From the NCBI GenBank assembly GCA_000388065.2, contig KB932201.1: a stretch of 64,000 bases of DNA; one strand, given 5' to 3'. Below the pieces are notes generated by a model. The model did no database searches and was not told the DNA's origin. It saw nothing but the letters and a program-made list of their open reading frames with translations. Position numbers and translations under genes: made by a program. Below, one piece after another: positions 32,484-43,668 of the stretch. This DNA comes from Fonticula alba ATCC 38817 (taxonomy: Eukaryota > Protista > Nucleariida). Every line of letters starts with the position of its first letter. Positions within the stretch are counted from its first letter, which is position 1.

Positions 32484-34190
32484 ATGTCGGACGACCCCTT
32501 CTTTGCCGTGAAGGAGTATGTTTCCCTCTTCCCTCCTGCTTGGTTCCCCCTTCCCGCGGTCATTTTCGCCCCTCCCTTTGCGCTGCCTGTCAAGCCATTG
32601 GGCCTCTAACCGGCTTTTCCCCGCCCTGCCATTGCCCCGGCCACACATAGCGATGTCGAGAGGGTCACCCGCCAGGTGCTGGAGCAGCGCGCCCAGTGGA
32701 ACAAGCTCCTGGGCATCACCGACCTGGCCAACCCGACGCCACACTTCACGGATTTGGTGAATGAGCTGCAGAACAACATCGAGACCATTGAGTATGACCT
32801 GCAGGATCTCGAGGAAACCATCGGTACCTTTGTAACTCGCCCGCTCGCTCGCGCGCGCCCTCCCCGGGAGCCCCCTGTCGGAGCAAAGGCCCTCCGTTTG
32901 CTTCTCGGGGGGGAGGGGGGGGGGGCGCCCTCCGCTGTCGCTCTCTCCTCGGCCGGCAGTCCCTACTGAGGCCCCTCTCGCCCTCCTTTCTGACACATGT
33001 TCCCCCTCCGTCGGGCCTCTCCCTCGCCTGGCCGGCCCTCCTTTCCGCCCTGGGGCCAGTCATCGTCGAGGCCAATCCCCACAAGTTCCGCCTTGCCCCG
33101 GGCGAGCTGGCCGCGCGCCGGTCGTTTGTGGCCAACACGCGCGCTGTCATCCAGGAAACCCGTGCCGAGCTGTCCGGCCCGAAATACCAATCCAAGTTGG
33201 CCGCCGATAAGCGTAAGGTATGGCCTTCCTCCCTGCGACTTCCCTTCCCCTTTCCTTGGCCCGTATAGCCATGGTGTTGGGACATTGCTAACCGGTCCCG
33301 ATGTGTTCGCGCCCCGGCAATGCCATCGCAGGCCCTTACCCAGGCGGCCAAGAGCCCTGGGCTGTTGGCTCGCGAGGCCAACCAGCGCGCCACCAATGAG
33401 CGCGTCCTCGCCGAGGGTGGCCAGGATCTCCAGCAGGTGCGTATCTCAAGTGCAACGGCCCTGCCTCGGCATCCTGGCAAGGTTCACCAACACATTCCCC
33501 CCCCCCCCCCCCCTCCTGTTCCCTCTCCTCCTGCGGACACAACTGTACCTGGTCATGTGTTGGGGGGCGCTGTGAATTCCATCGCAGATTGTCAAGACCC
33601 AGGACTTGACCCTGGAGAAGATTTCTTCGACGGTTCAGAACCTGCGCATTGTGGCCGAGGCCATCGGCGAGGAGGTGGACCTTCACAACCGGTGCGCCCA
33701 CTGTTTGCTCTTCCTCGGCCTCTCTCTCTCTCTCTCTCCTTTACTCTCTTTGGGCCCGTCCCTTGCCTTGCTTTCCTTTTTCCTCGCTTTGTCTTGGGGC
33801 TCGTGTCTTGGTGCTTGTGCTTTTCCCCTCGTGTCCAGATACTCTCCCGCTGAATCCCATGCGGTGCCTGGGCCCCTCCTCTGACCCTTTCCATGTCCGA
33901 CATATGCACAGTATGCTTGACGATCTTGAGGCCGACGTTGAGAACACCACCAACCGCATCAACCACACAATGTCCTCAATGACCAAGGTTTTCAAGGACG
34001 CGAAGTGTGCGTGCCCATTTGCACTCTTCCCTCCATGCATGTGTCCGGCCCGTGCTCACCTTCTCCCTCCTCTTCCCCCTCTTCCCTCTGCCCCCTTTGC
34101 TCCCTATCTCCAGCCAATAAGTCCATGCTGGTCATTGCCTGCCTTATCATCACCATCATCATTCTTGCTATCCTTGCGGTTGCTCTCTGA
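32484..34190 (+). CDS. STX6: Syntaxin-6/10 / Tlg1-type Qc-SNARE, 7 exons
   Basis: MSDDPFFAVK-DVE...[31 protein letters not shown]...RRSFV (Habc). SNARE motif QDLTLEKISSTVQNLRIVAEAIGEEVDLHN-SMLDDLEADVE. C-terminal TM SMLVIACLIITIIILAILAVAL*. Confidence 0.9.
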
Positions 34191-34955
34191 TGTGGCTGTG
34201 CGGTTGCCAGACCGTCTGTATAAAAAAAACCTCTTCACATTTTCCCCCCCCCCTTTTGCCTTTGCTGCAGCAGCGAAAGCAGCTGGCCCCGTTTTCCCGC
34301 CCTCCCGCCCTCCCGCCTTCCCCCTCTTTGGTGTATTCGTGCGCATGCACACCTGCCCACACACATACACACACACGTACATACATACATACATACATAC
34401 ATACTGCTGTCCTTGATGCCACCACACGTGCTTGTCTGCGGAGTGATGCTCTTCCTCCGCAAACAAGTGACTGTGCCTCACAACGTTCGAGAATATACCG
34501 TACGCTGTGACCATCATCACCCGGTCGGTGCTCGGGGCCTGTGTAAGCGCACGATGCCTTCCAAAGGCCAATGGAATGGCGCCGAGCGCCTCCAAGCCCC
34601 GGTCAGGGAGAACCCCGGGAAGGGTCTCTCTATCGGGCGAGGACACATGAGCGAGCAACAAACAGGTCCTTGGGAGGCATGCCCTTTGCCGAGAATGCCC
34701 TGCAACAGGTGGCAGCACCGGCACAAGGGCTCCACTGTAATGGGCTGTGCTCGGAGGAAGAGGAGCGAGGAGAGGGACATGCAGATACAAAAATGGATGG
34801 TATATTACAACAGGACGATGAAGACCTGGGTAAGAAGAGCGGGGACAGGGGGAGACGCGTGTCTGCCTCTCCTCGCGGCGGCCATCAAACTGCAATGGAG
34901 CTCACGCGAGGACACGGCAGGACACAAGGCCCCATGGTGCGCGGAGGGGAACATC

Positions 34956-37224
34956 TTAGTGGATCAACGCCTCCGGGTCATCCTCAAAGGTGCCAGTATG
35001 CGCGGGCGGCGTGGGGCTCATCGGCCGGGCATATGACACCCGAGAGGCCTGGGAAACCTGGGAAGCATGGGAGGCATGGGAGGCATGGGAGGCATGCGAC
35101 GCCTGGGAGGCATGGGAGGCATGGGAGGCATGCGACACATGCGACATGTGAGAAGAGTGCGACCGGTAGGAGGCCGGCGACACGGGGGGCGAGCGGGTGG
35201 CTGCCGCGGCGGCCGCGGCGGGCGAATGGTCAGCCAGGCTGATTCGGATGCCAGAAGCGGGAGACCGCCTCCCGGAGGCGAAGCTCTGGCCGTCATGGTA
35301 CATCTCATGGTCGGAATAGTCGCTGGCGCTGGAGTTGGAATTGGAGAGGCCCCCGGCGTGGGCATCATCGCCCTGGCGGTCGCCGAACAGGGAACCTTGG
35401 TCCGAGTCACTGGCGAAGTGGGAGTCCGAGTGACGGACCCCGAAGGAATCCTCGAAGACTGAGCAGCCCCCGGGGCCGGCCGGCTCCCGCGGGTCATTGT
35501 TGAGGTCGTCCTCGGCGATGGTGGTCACCACGATGGAGATGTCGGCCGCCTCGGCACCGACCTTGTCCGAACCACTGTCCGAGGATGAGCCGCTCTTCGG
35601 ATCATGGTGGTGGTGCTTGGTTGGGTGGAGATCCGGCGACAGCTGGCTGTCCTCGGAGTGCGACAGCCCCGGCGAGCTGGCCATCGAGGGGGAACTCAGA
35701 GAGTAGGTTGAGGGCCGGTGATGGTGGGGGTGGTGGGGGTGATGCGGCGCGAGGGTGGAAGCGCTCGGAGTGGGCGGCTGCGATTGGGGATCACTGCCGC
35801 GGCGCTGGCTCAGCTCGAAGTCCGACTCGTGGCAGCCCGGGGCACTGCTGGTATCGGTGGCTCGGAGGGGCGTGAGCGTCGGCGAGGAGAAGCTCTCCTT
35901 GCGCGAGGAAGAGGACGACCCGTCGGTGTAGTCCAATTCGAAACTCTTATGGAACTCGATTTCATATTCCTTCCGATGGAAGGTGCTGCGTGGGTGAGCG
36001 GGGAGTACGGGAGGAGAGGGGAGAGAGGAGGGGGGGGGGGGGGGGCGCCATCCGGCAAGTTAGTGCGAATATTTCCCCGAGGCGGAAAGGACGCGGGCGA
36101 GGGGGGGAGCGCCGATCGATGGAGAACGCACTGGTGGTACAGCGGCACGACCAGGGTCATGAGAATGATGACATGCAGGGCCACGGTCGAGGGCAGGACC
36201 GTCAGGTAGCCCATGGCCCGGTGGAACCAGCGGAACATGTACGACAGCAGGGTGATCGACGAGGAGAAAGAGTAGAAGGTCATCTGAATGAGGGTGAACT
36301 TGTACTCATTGAAGTAGCGCTGGCGCACATTGCGGTTGGCAATGCAAATGGGCTGCAGCCGGTGGAGCAGCATGGGCGACAAGTGCAGATCGTGTGAGCC
36401 ATTCGACACAGGAGAGGGGGCGAGAGGGGGACATTTGCTGCTGGGAGGGGGCCTCTCCCCGGGCCCAGAGCAGGGTGATGAACGCACAATCAGGAAGAGC
36501 AGGTGAATCGCGATGACCCCGGTGTAGGCAAACTTAAGGTAGTTGGAGCGCTCGAAGCAGCCCTCGGTGCCGTTCTGGGCAGCGAGGGGAATACGTGATC
36601 GAGAGGGAGGCATGACAGCAGGGGCGGGGCAGAGGGGGGGGAGGGGGGGGGGGCAGCGAAAAACACGAGGGAATAGCCCAGACACAGGGTGAGCATGAGC
36701 AGACAGCAGGGTCGATGGGGGGGCATGTCGATCGTGGCAGGGGCAGCAACCAAAAGATCCGCCAATAGGAAGAATGTGGCCATGGCCGGCGGGAAGACCA
36801 CGCACCAGCACAATAGGGCCTTGAGTCTCGAGGGCCGTCAGGACGATGGTGATGAGGAGCGTCGGCAGCCAGAAGATGATGGACACGCCATAGAGCACAA
36901 AGGGATCCTGCTTTTTGAATTGGAAGATGAGGAATAGGCGCCACATGCGGAAGAAAAAGGAGAAGGCGAAGATCCCATAGCCGAAAGGGATCGATAGCCA
37001 GTCTTCGGGGTGTGAAGGGCGGGCGGAGAGGGGGGGGGGCAGCAGCAGCAGCAGAAACAATGAATGGTGTCAGAGTCGCCGATCAGGAGCGAGGGGCGTG
37101 CCAGGGAGGGGCGGGACGTTGCAAAAGGCGATGGTCCACACGCACACGTGAAGGAGCACCACCACCCGCCGAAATAGGGGGTCATTTTGAAAGCGGCCTT
37201 TGGGAGGGGAGAGAAAGAGGGGGG

Positions 37225-37258
<34 letters not shown>

Positions 37259-37301
37259 GAGTGAGAACCACGAGCATTGCAGCATGTGAGGCAAGACTGC
37301 T

Positions 37302-37347
<46 letters not shown>

Positions 37348-37680
37348 CGGAACGGAGGCCGGGCGGTGGGAAGCAGGACGCCCGCTTGACCGAGGCCGAG
37401 GCTTGAAGGAGTGCGCGCGAGGCGGATGACGCACCATGGTGCCGAATTGGAAAAAGATGGCACCAAACCACATGAACCAGATGATGGGAAGTTGCTTGGC
37501 CTTGAAGGGGAGATATCTCCGGTGGAACCAAATATACAGGAGAACTAACCCGGTGAGGAAGAAGGAAAACATGACAGCCCCCAGGGTGATGTATCGGCCG
37601 GGGGTGACATTATGGAGGAACTCCACATCGAACGAGGGGTTGTAGAAAGTGCCATCTGGCAGCTGCTCGTGGAGGCCCAT
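34956..37680 (-). CDS. Orphan seven-transmembrane protein (GPCR-like, class C/7TM-RGS-like core) with long Ser/His-rich tail, 6 exons
   Basis: In-frame exons from ATG 37680 give seven hydrophobic segments: ITLGAVMFSFFLTGLVLLYIWF; LPIIWFMWFGAIFFQFGTM; WLSIPFGYGIFAFSFFF followed by RMWRLFLIF; VLYGVSIIFWLPTLLITIVL; FAYTGVIAIHLLFLIPICIA; FTLIQMTFYSFSSSITLLSYMF; YLTVLPSTVALHVIILMTLVVPLY. RNVRQRYFNEYK lies between TM5 and TM6. Stop at 34956. Confidence 0.72.
35049..35150 (-). repeat. Coding 9-nt tandem repeat encoding (Ser-His-Ala)n
   Basis: GGGAGGCAT units on the + strand encode SHASHASQASHASHASHASHASQ. Confidence 0.85.
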
Positions 37681-38007
37681 TGGAAGGGGAGAAAAGGGGA
37701 AGAGTGGAGGTCCGAGAAGTCGGCAGGGGGGGAAGCACTGACCGAGCAGAGGAGGCGGAGTCGATCCAGGGAGATGGCGAGAATTCGGTCGATAGGGGAT
37801 CGAGCGCTTGCCTTGGGCTCTGGGTCAAGTGTTGAGAAAGAGGCGGGCAGGGGAAGCGGCGCGGAGGCAGAGGGGGGGGGGGGACCTCCGAAGGGGAAGC
37901 TGGCAGGAGGGCAGGCGGGGTTCCGTGCTGGAGGGGGCGGCGAGGGATGCTGCGATGGGGCAAAAGGATATCTGCTCCTGGGGTGCGGAGAGTGCCCAGT
38001 GCCGGTC

Positions 38008-38015
38008 TATTTATA
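38008..38015 (-). promoter_or_regulatory. Candidate TATA box upstream of the 7TM gene
   Basis: TATAAATA on the minus strand in a very GC-rich context, about 330 nt upstream of ATG 37680. Start site not known. Confidence 0.35.
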
Positions 38016-38781
38016 GAACGGTAGTAATCTTGGCGAGGGCATGCAAAGGAAGGGAGGAGCGCGGACGAGAACAAACACGAGGCATGAGCGACCAAGACCA
38101 AGCGAGAGAGGGAGAGCATGAGGGACACGAGGGCGACGCGACTGACCGAGACACCTGGAGAGAAGGGCGGGCAGAACGCCACGGCGCCAGGAAGGGAAGA
38201 AGAGCACCGCCAAACAACCGAGAGAAGTGCCGGGGGTGTGGTTCCGGGCACACGGGGCATGACCGTGTCCGGCCCAGGAAGCGTGCCTGGGCGGGGGCGA
38301 CGCCGGTGGCGGTGGCGCGGCCGATGGCATATTGCCAAGGAGGGGGGGCGGGCCGGGGCGGGGGATGGGGCATGCGAGGCCGAAGGCGGGGGGTCGGCGG
38401 GTGAGATCCCGCAAGAGGAAGCCTGCCAAGAGGGCAAACCTGCAAGAGGCTAATTTGCTGCCCGCATGCCTGACCGTCTGCCCGGGCTGGTGCCGGCGTC
38501 GGAGTGGAATGGCCAATTGTCTCACACACCCATGGTCTGGTCGCCACCACGCCATGCCAGCCGCCGGGCACCACGCCTGCCCCAACCACGCGATGCAGGC
38601 CTCAACCGCTCGTGCTCTCGCGCGGCCGGCGGCCTTAGCCGCGAGGGTCGTGCACTCGACCCCACGACCAAACAAAAAACTGTGCATCTAACCCAAGCAG
38701 GCTCTTCCTTGGCACGGTGCCTGTCTGATACCGGGGCCGACACCGGGGCCCCCTACTGCAGGGGTACACTCGCGGGGGCCT

Positions 38782-38791
<10 letters not shown>

Positions 38792-38813
<22 letters not shown>

Positions 38814-38821
38814 ACACACAC
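38792..38821. repeat. 30-bp perfect palindrome of alternating purine/pyrimidine
   Basis: GTGTGTGTGTG-CGCGCGCG-CACACACACAC is its own reverse complement. Confidence 0.85.
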
Positions 38822-41801
38822 GTCGGTGCCCCGCCACCGATCGTGCTTCGGCTGCCTGGCCCGGAAGTCGGGGGGCGCCCAAGGGCAAGTCGCTCGTTCC
38901 TAGCCCGCCCTCCCCCCTCCCCTCTCTCCTCCCCGGCAGATCGATCATCTGGCATTCCCCGCCTTTTCCCCTCCTCGAGGCTTGTTCCTCTCCCAATCTG
39001 GCGCCCTCCCTCCCGCAGACCCCTTACTGCGGAACTTCGTCCGAGCCCCTTCCCCTCCCCGCCCCCCATCAGACCGCACGCGGTGATCGGCTCGCCCTTT
39101 TTTCCCGCATCCTGCCCCGCCGGCGCTGCTCCGAGATGTGGCTACTGCAGGCACATCGTCCTGGAGCGGAGGCTTCATCGAAAGCACATCCATCCCGCGG
39201 GGAGGGGGAAAGGGGGTAGCAGAGCCGAATCCCATCTCAGGCGGTCTAGGCAAACATCGCTGGGGCCCGGATGCTCGATGCTCGTTCTTGGTGGTCGGGC
39301 CCCTGCAGGCTCTCCTGGCAGCTGCACCCCCAGGAAGCAACTTCCCTCGGGAAATCCGGGAGTCGTCCCTCACACCGGAGCGTCTGGCCCTTGCTCGGTG
39401 GCGATCTGCCTCACGTGTAGGAGAGTACAAGCGTCCTCGGACGCGCGGGGTCCTTTTCTTCACCCCGACCAAACCGGCTCTCGCTTGTTCCTGTGGCTTG
39501 CGGGCGCCGGTGGTCATTTGGGCCGCCTCTTGGCCTCCTCTACACGAACATCGCCCCCCCCCCCCCCCCCCCCCCAGACACACCTCCATGGTTGGGTTCT
39601 GCCACTTCCTCAGCCCACAGTAGCCTCGGCACCTGGATTCCCCCCCCCCCTCCTCCCCGACAAAGCAGCAGAAAGGATTCGGCGAGTAGTGCAACGCGAC
39701 GCCTCCATGCGTGGATGCGCAGACAGTTGGCAGGGCTCATACCCAAACGCGAGAGGGAGCTTTCCGTCGCACAAAAAGAGGCCCCCTCGCGCGCCCATCT
39801 CGGCCATTCGGCCGGCTGTGAACCACGCACATGCGCAGAGCAGAACCCCGCAGGCCCTGGAACCAGGGTGCAGGGACCTCTGGCCCGGGGCAACGGAGCC
39901 CCGCTGTTGCCTTGGGACAACGGCACCGAGCGTACGAGGCCCATGGGCATGGCGGGGGAAGGCAGGGGGGGGGGGGGAGGGGGGGGGCTGAACGCGGGAA
40001 AAGCACCCCAAAGGAAGACGACGCACTGCGTGAAGCTCGTCACGGTGTTTTCGAGCGCAGAGTTCTCCCACGATGGCGAAAGGCGCATTGCCGTGCGGGC
40101 GTGCCGCGTGCATCGGGCCTGGTCCGCCCCACGTCTGACTGGCGAGGCCCCGGGGTACAATGGCGTACGGCCGGCCGGAGCTGCCGAGCCAGCCGGCCTG
40201 CCGAGTGGGGCGATCGACCGGGCGCGATCGACCCTGTCGAGGCCGCCCTCCCGCCGGGATTCCTACCCATGGGGCTTTCTCCTTGATTTTGCCTGAGGGG
40301 CGATGGACTTTTGCGTCAACACAGCTGAGGTCCATCGCCGTTCTAGCCTTGGGTGGGGAAATACTACGAGGCCCCTTCCCTGCTCTCAGGAACACACACT
40401 CTCTCTCACACACACACATACACACACGCACATGAAACGTAAGTAACAACTTTATAAGCCGAAGCTCGGGAGCTGGCCCCGGGCTTTGGTGACGAGGGGC
40501 CGCATGTTCGCCCACACCTGCATATTTATTCACCCCCTGCCCCTTTCCAAATTCAGCCGGTCAGAAAAATCCCGTCCAAGACCGATGGCCTCCGGGAGAG
40601 AATTTCAGCCGGCACTGTCCTGCAAGATGGCGAAGCAAGAGCGCTACCCATGCCTCCGGTTGATTCCCCTACCTCCTCTTGCTTGCCCGGCAGAATCGTG
40701 CTTCGCTGGCACCTCCTCGCTGGATCCCAAAGTGCACCGCATTAACAGTGTTGGCAGGTATGGATATGCTTACTTGCCTGCTAGCCTGCTTGCTTGCTTG
40801 CTTGTTGTTGTTGTTGTTGTTGTTGTTTTCGCAGGAACGCCCTTGAAGCACCAATCCCAGGATGAGATGTGCCTCTGCAAGGCTCAAACATCGTGATAGG
40901 ACTGAAACAGGATACTGGAGAAGAGGGTCTTTCTCTTCGAACTCACTTCCCGGCGCACTACTTAAGAGGAGGAAGAGAGAGAGAGAGAGAGAAGGAAGAG
41001 GGGTGCGAGGAAAAACAGAGAGACTACAAGGAAGGTCTTGATTCAGCCCACAAGAGGCCAAGAGATTTTCCGATAGAAAGCTTGTGGAGTTGCTGGGGGT
41101 AGGGGGGGGGGGGGAGGATTGCTCGCGCTTGGCTAGGTGGGATCTGCATTAGCACCGGGTGGCACGCCGACCGACGGGGATCGGGCCCGGTGGAGGAGGA
41201 GGTACGGCTCTGCGCCAGGCTCTGGCCCACTCCAGGGGGGAGGGAGGCGGTGGCCCAGTCGCACAAGGAGGAGCCAAGCGCCAGGGGCATCGTAGTAGGT
41301 GGTGAGCGAACCCGAACGGGGCCCCCTCACACAGGAGATCCTCACGGCGTGGGATGGTACAACAATGTTCGCTCCAGAGATGTTGCAGCTCCCGGCGGCG
41401 GTCGGCTTCCTTTTTCCGGCCGCTGGGTTGCCCCGGGGTGGGGGCGGGTGAGGAGGACGATTTGGGCGAACACCTCCAGCTTTCATGGAGGCAGAGACGT
41501 CCAGCGTGCTTGACGTGCCGTCCTCTCCGGTCGGACGGAAGAGTGCCACGCCCTTCCTACCTGGGTCCAAAGGGGGGGGGGGGGGGGGGTTCATTCGGTG
41601 ATATCGGGCCGGGCAATCCCCGCATGGGATCACCATCGCCGCGGACAGCCCGATGACCATAAAACCCTCAACCATCAACGGGTGCAGCAGTCTCTGCTCA
41701 GGCCAGTCCTCGGTTGGCGGGGCAACAGCAGACGGCCTTACGAGATCCGGAAAAAAGATCCCCCACCCAGCCCTGGTGACCAGAAATGAGCTTCTTGGGG
41801 G

Positions 41802-41846
<45 letters not shown>

Positions 41847-42694
41847 TTTCCGCACACACGGAAGCGCCAGCTATAGCGGTCTCCGTTACTTGCCCCCCCC
41901 CCCCCTCCCCCATGCCGGCGGACAGGAAAGGGAATAACACCTCGAGCAGGACAAGACCACTGGTGCCTGGAAAACGGAGGGGCAACGGGGCGAAGGAGCG
42001 TTACATTGAGCCGCCCTCCCAACTGCCTGTGCAGCATGTGCACCGCATCAATAGGCGCACGCCGAATTGCATGCAATTAGACACACGCACAGACACCCCG
42101 GTCCGAGCCCAGGGGATGGATCGGTAAACAGCGCGGGAACCAGACCCAGGAGGGAGGGGGGGGGGGGGGGGGGGCAGGGGCAGGGCAGGAGGACCGGGGG
42201 GGGGGATGGGTCGCCCGGCGCGAAGCCGAGCCCGCCGCGGGCCGACGCGTTCGCTCGTAGCCGCGGAGGGCCCAAAGCGATGCAAGTCCCCTGGGGCACT
42301 GGGATCTGCCAACGAAAACGCGGGAACGGGCCTGGGCCTGGATCTTGGCGGGGCCAGTGGTTGCGCCACCGAATGTTAATCCACATACCCGGTCGCCGGG
42401 GCATGGCCTTAACCCAAGCCGGTGGAGGGGCTCCGACTCACACCCCCGCCCCAGACAGCCGAGCGGCACAACACCAGCACGAAACATTGGACACCCTGGG
42501 GCGGGAACCAGGGGAGGGAGGGGGACCCAGGAAAAGCGCGGCCCAAACTCTGACCGATGTGCTACTCGGGCTTTTTTTTTAGTGTATGTGTGAGGGATAT
42601 GCGGGGAGGGGGGGGGGGGGGGGGGGAGGGCGCCGCGGGGGTCAGGCAACCCTCTCCCCTGGTGGAAGGGTGTGTCTCCTCCTTTTCGCCCGCC

Positions 42695-43626
42695 TCACGA
42701 GTTGTGCTCGGAGAAGAGCATCTGGCTGGTGGGGGGAGACGAGGCGCTGGCGGGCGACCGACGGACCGACGGCGAGGTGTGAACACGCTCGCTGCTGCTC
42801 GGTGTCCGGGGCCCCGTGGACCGGGAGGGAGTGTAGTCGGGCGGGGCCATGAGGGCGAAGTTCAGCTGCTCCTCGGCAACCTGGGGATAACAGTGCTTCA
42901 CCCATTTGGCGAGAGCCGTCTGAACATGGACAAAGTTGTCGGGCCGCCGGGCGAAAACGCGCACGCGGCACTCTTCGAAGACCTTCGGGATCAGGGGCGA
43001 CACCTGGATTTGGGGGATGTGGGCGACCTTGTTGATGTCCAGGCGGTTGTAGAACTTGATCCTCTCCACCGGGTTTTGATCCCGCATGCCATAGTGGATG
43101 GCCGAGAAGTCGACCACCACGTCATCCGCCTGTGGGCAGGGAGAGGAAGAGCGAGGGAAGATTGATGAGAGGGGGGAAAGAAGAAAAGCATGGCGAGAGA
43201 GAGAGAGAGAAAGAGAGAGAGAGGAGCAAACAAATAAAGGAGCCAGAAGCGAGGCACGCACAGCCAACGAGTTGCTGGAGCCGAAACTGGCAATCTCGCC
43301 CGCGATGTTGGGAGTCTTCTTCTACAAACACGCATCGCCGTCAGGGCGGTCGAGGAAGGGGGCAGGGCGGGCAGGGGGCGGCGCATGTCAGAATCCGAGC
43401 CATCCGAGAAAGAGAGGGAGAGAGGGAATATGCTCTGGAGGGGGGGGGCGGGGGCGGGGGGAGACATGCGTACCTGCAGCAGGCTGCACAGGTAGGACTG
43501 GAGCTTGTGGAAGTGGTTGCGCTCCTCGGAGCTGAGGATGGCGCGTGCGGGCGAAACACAGGCCTCCAGACGAGAGATGATGGTCTCGGTGATCTGGTGC
43601 AGGATCTGAGGGTCGCTCTGCGGGAA

Positions 43627-43668
<42 letters not shown>

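Noticed and set aside
41133-41855. 240-aa minus-strand ORF in the large intergenic interval
   Set aside because: It begins in a (GA)n repeat, has no family motif, and its poly-G/GA composition is opposite to the sense-strand C bias of real genes here.
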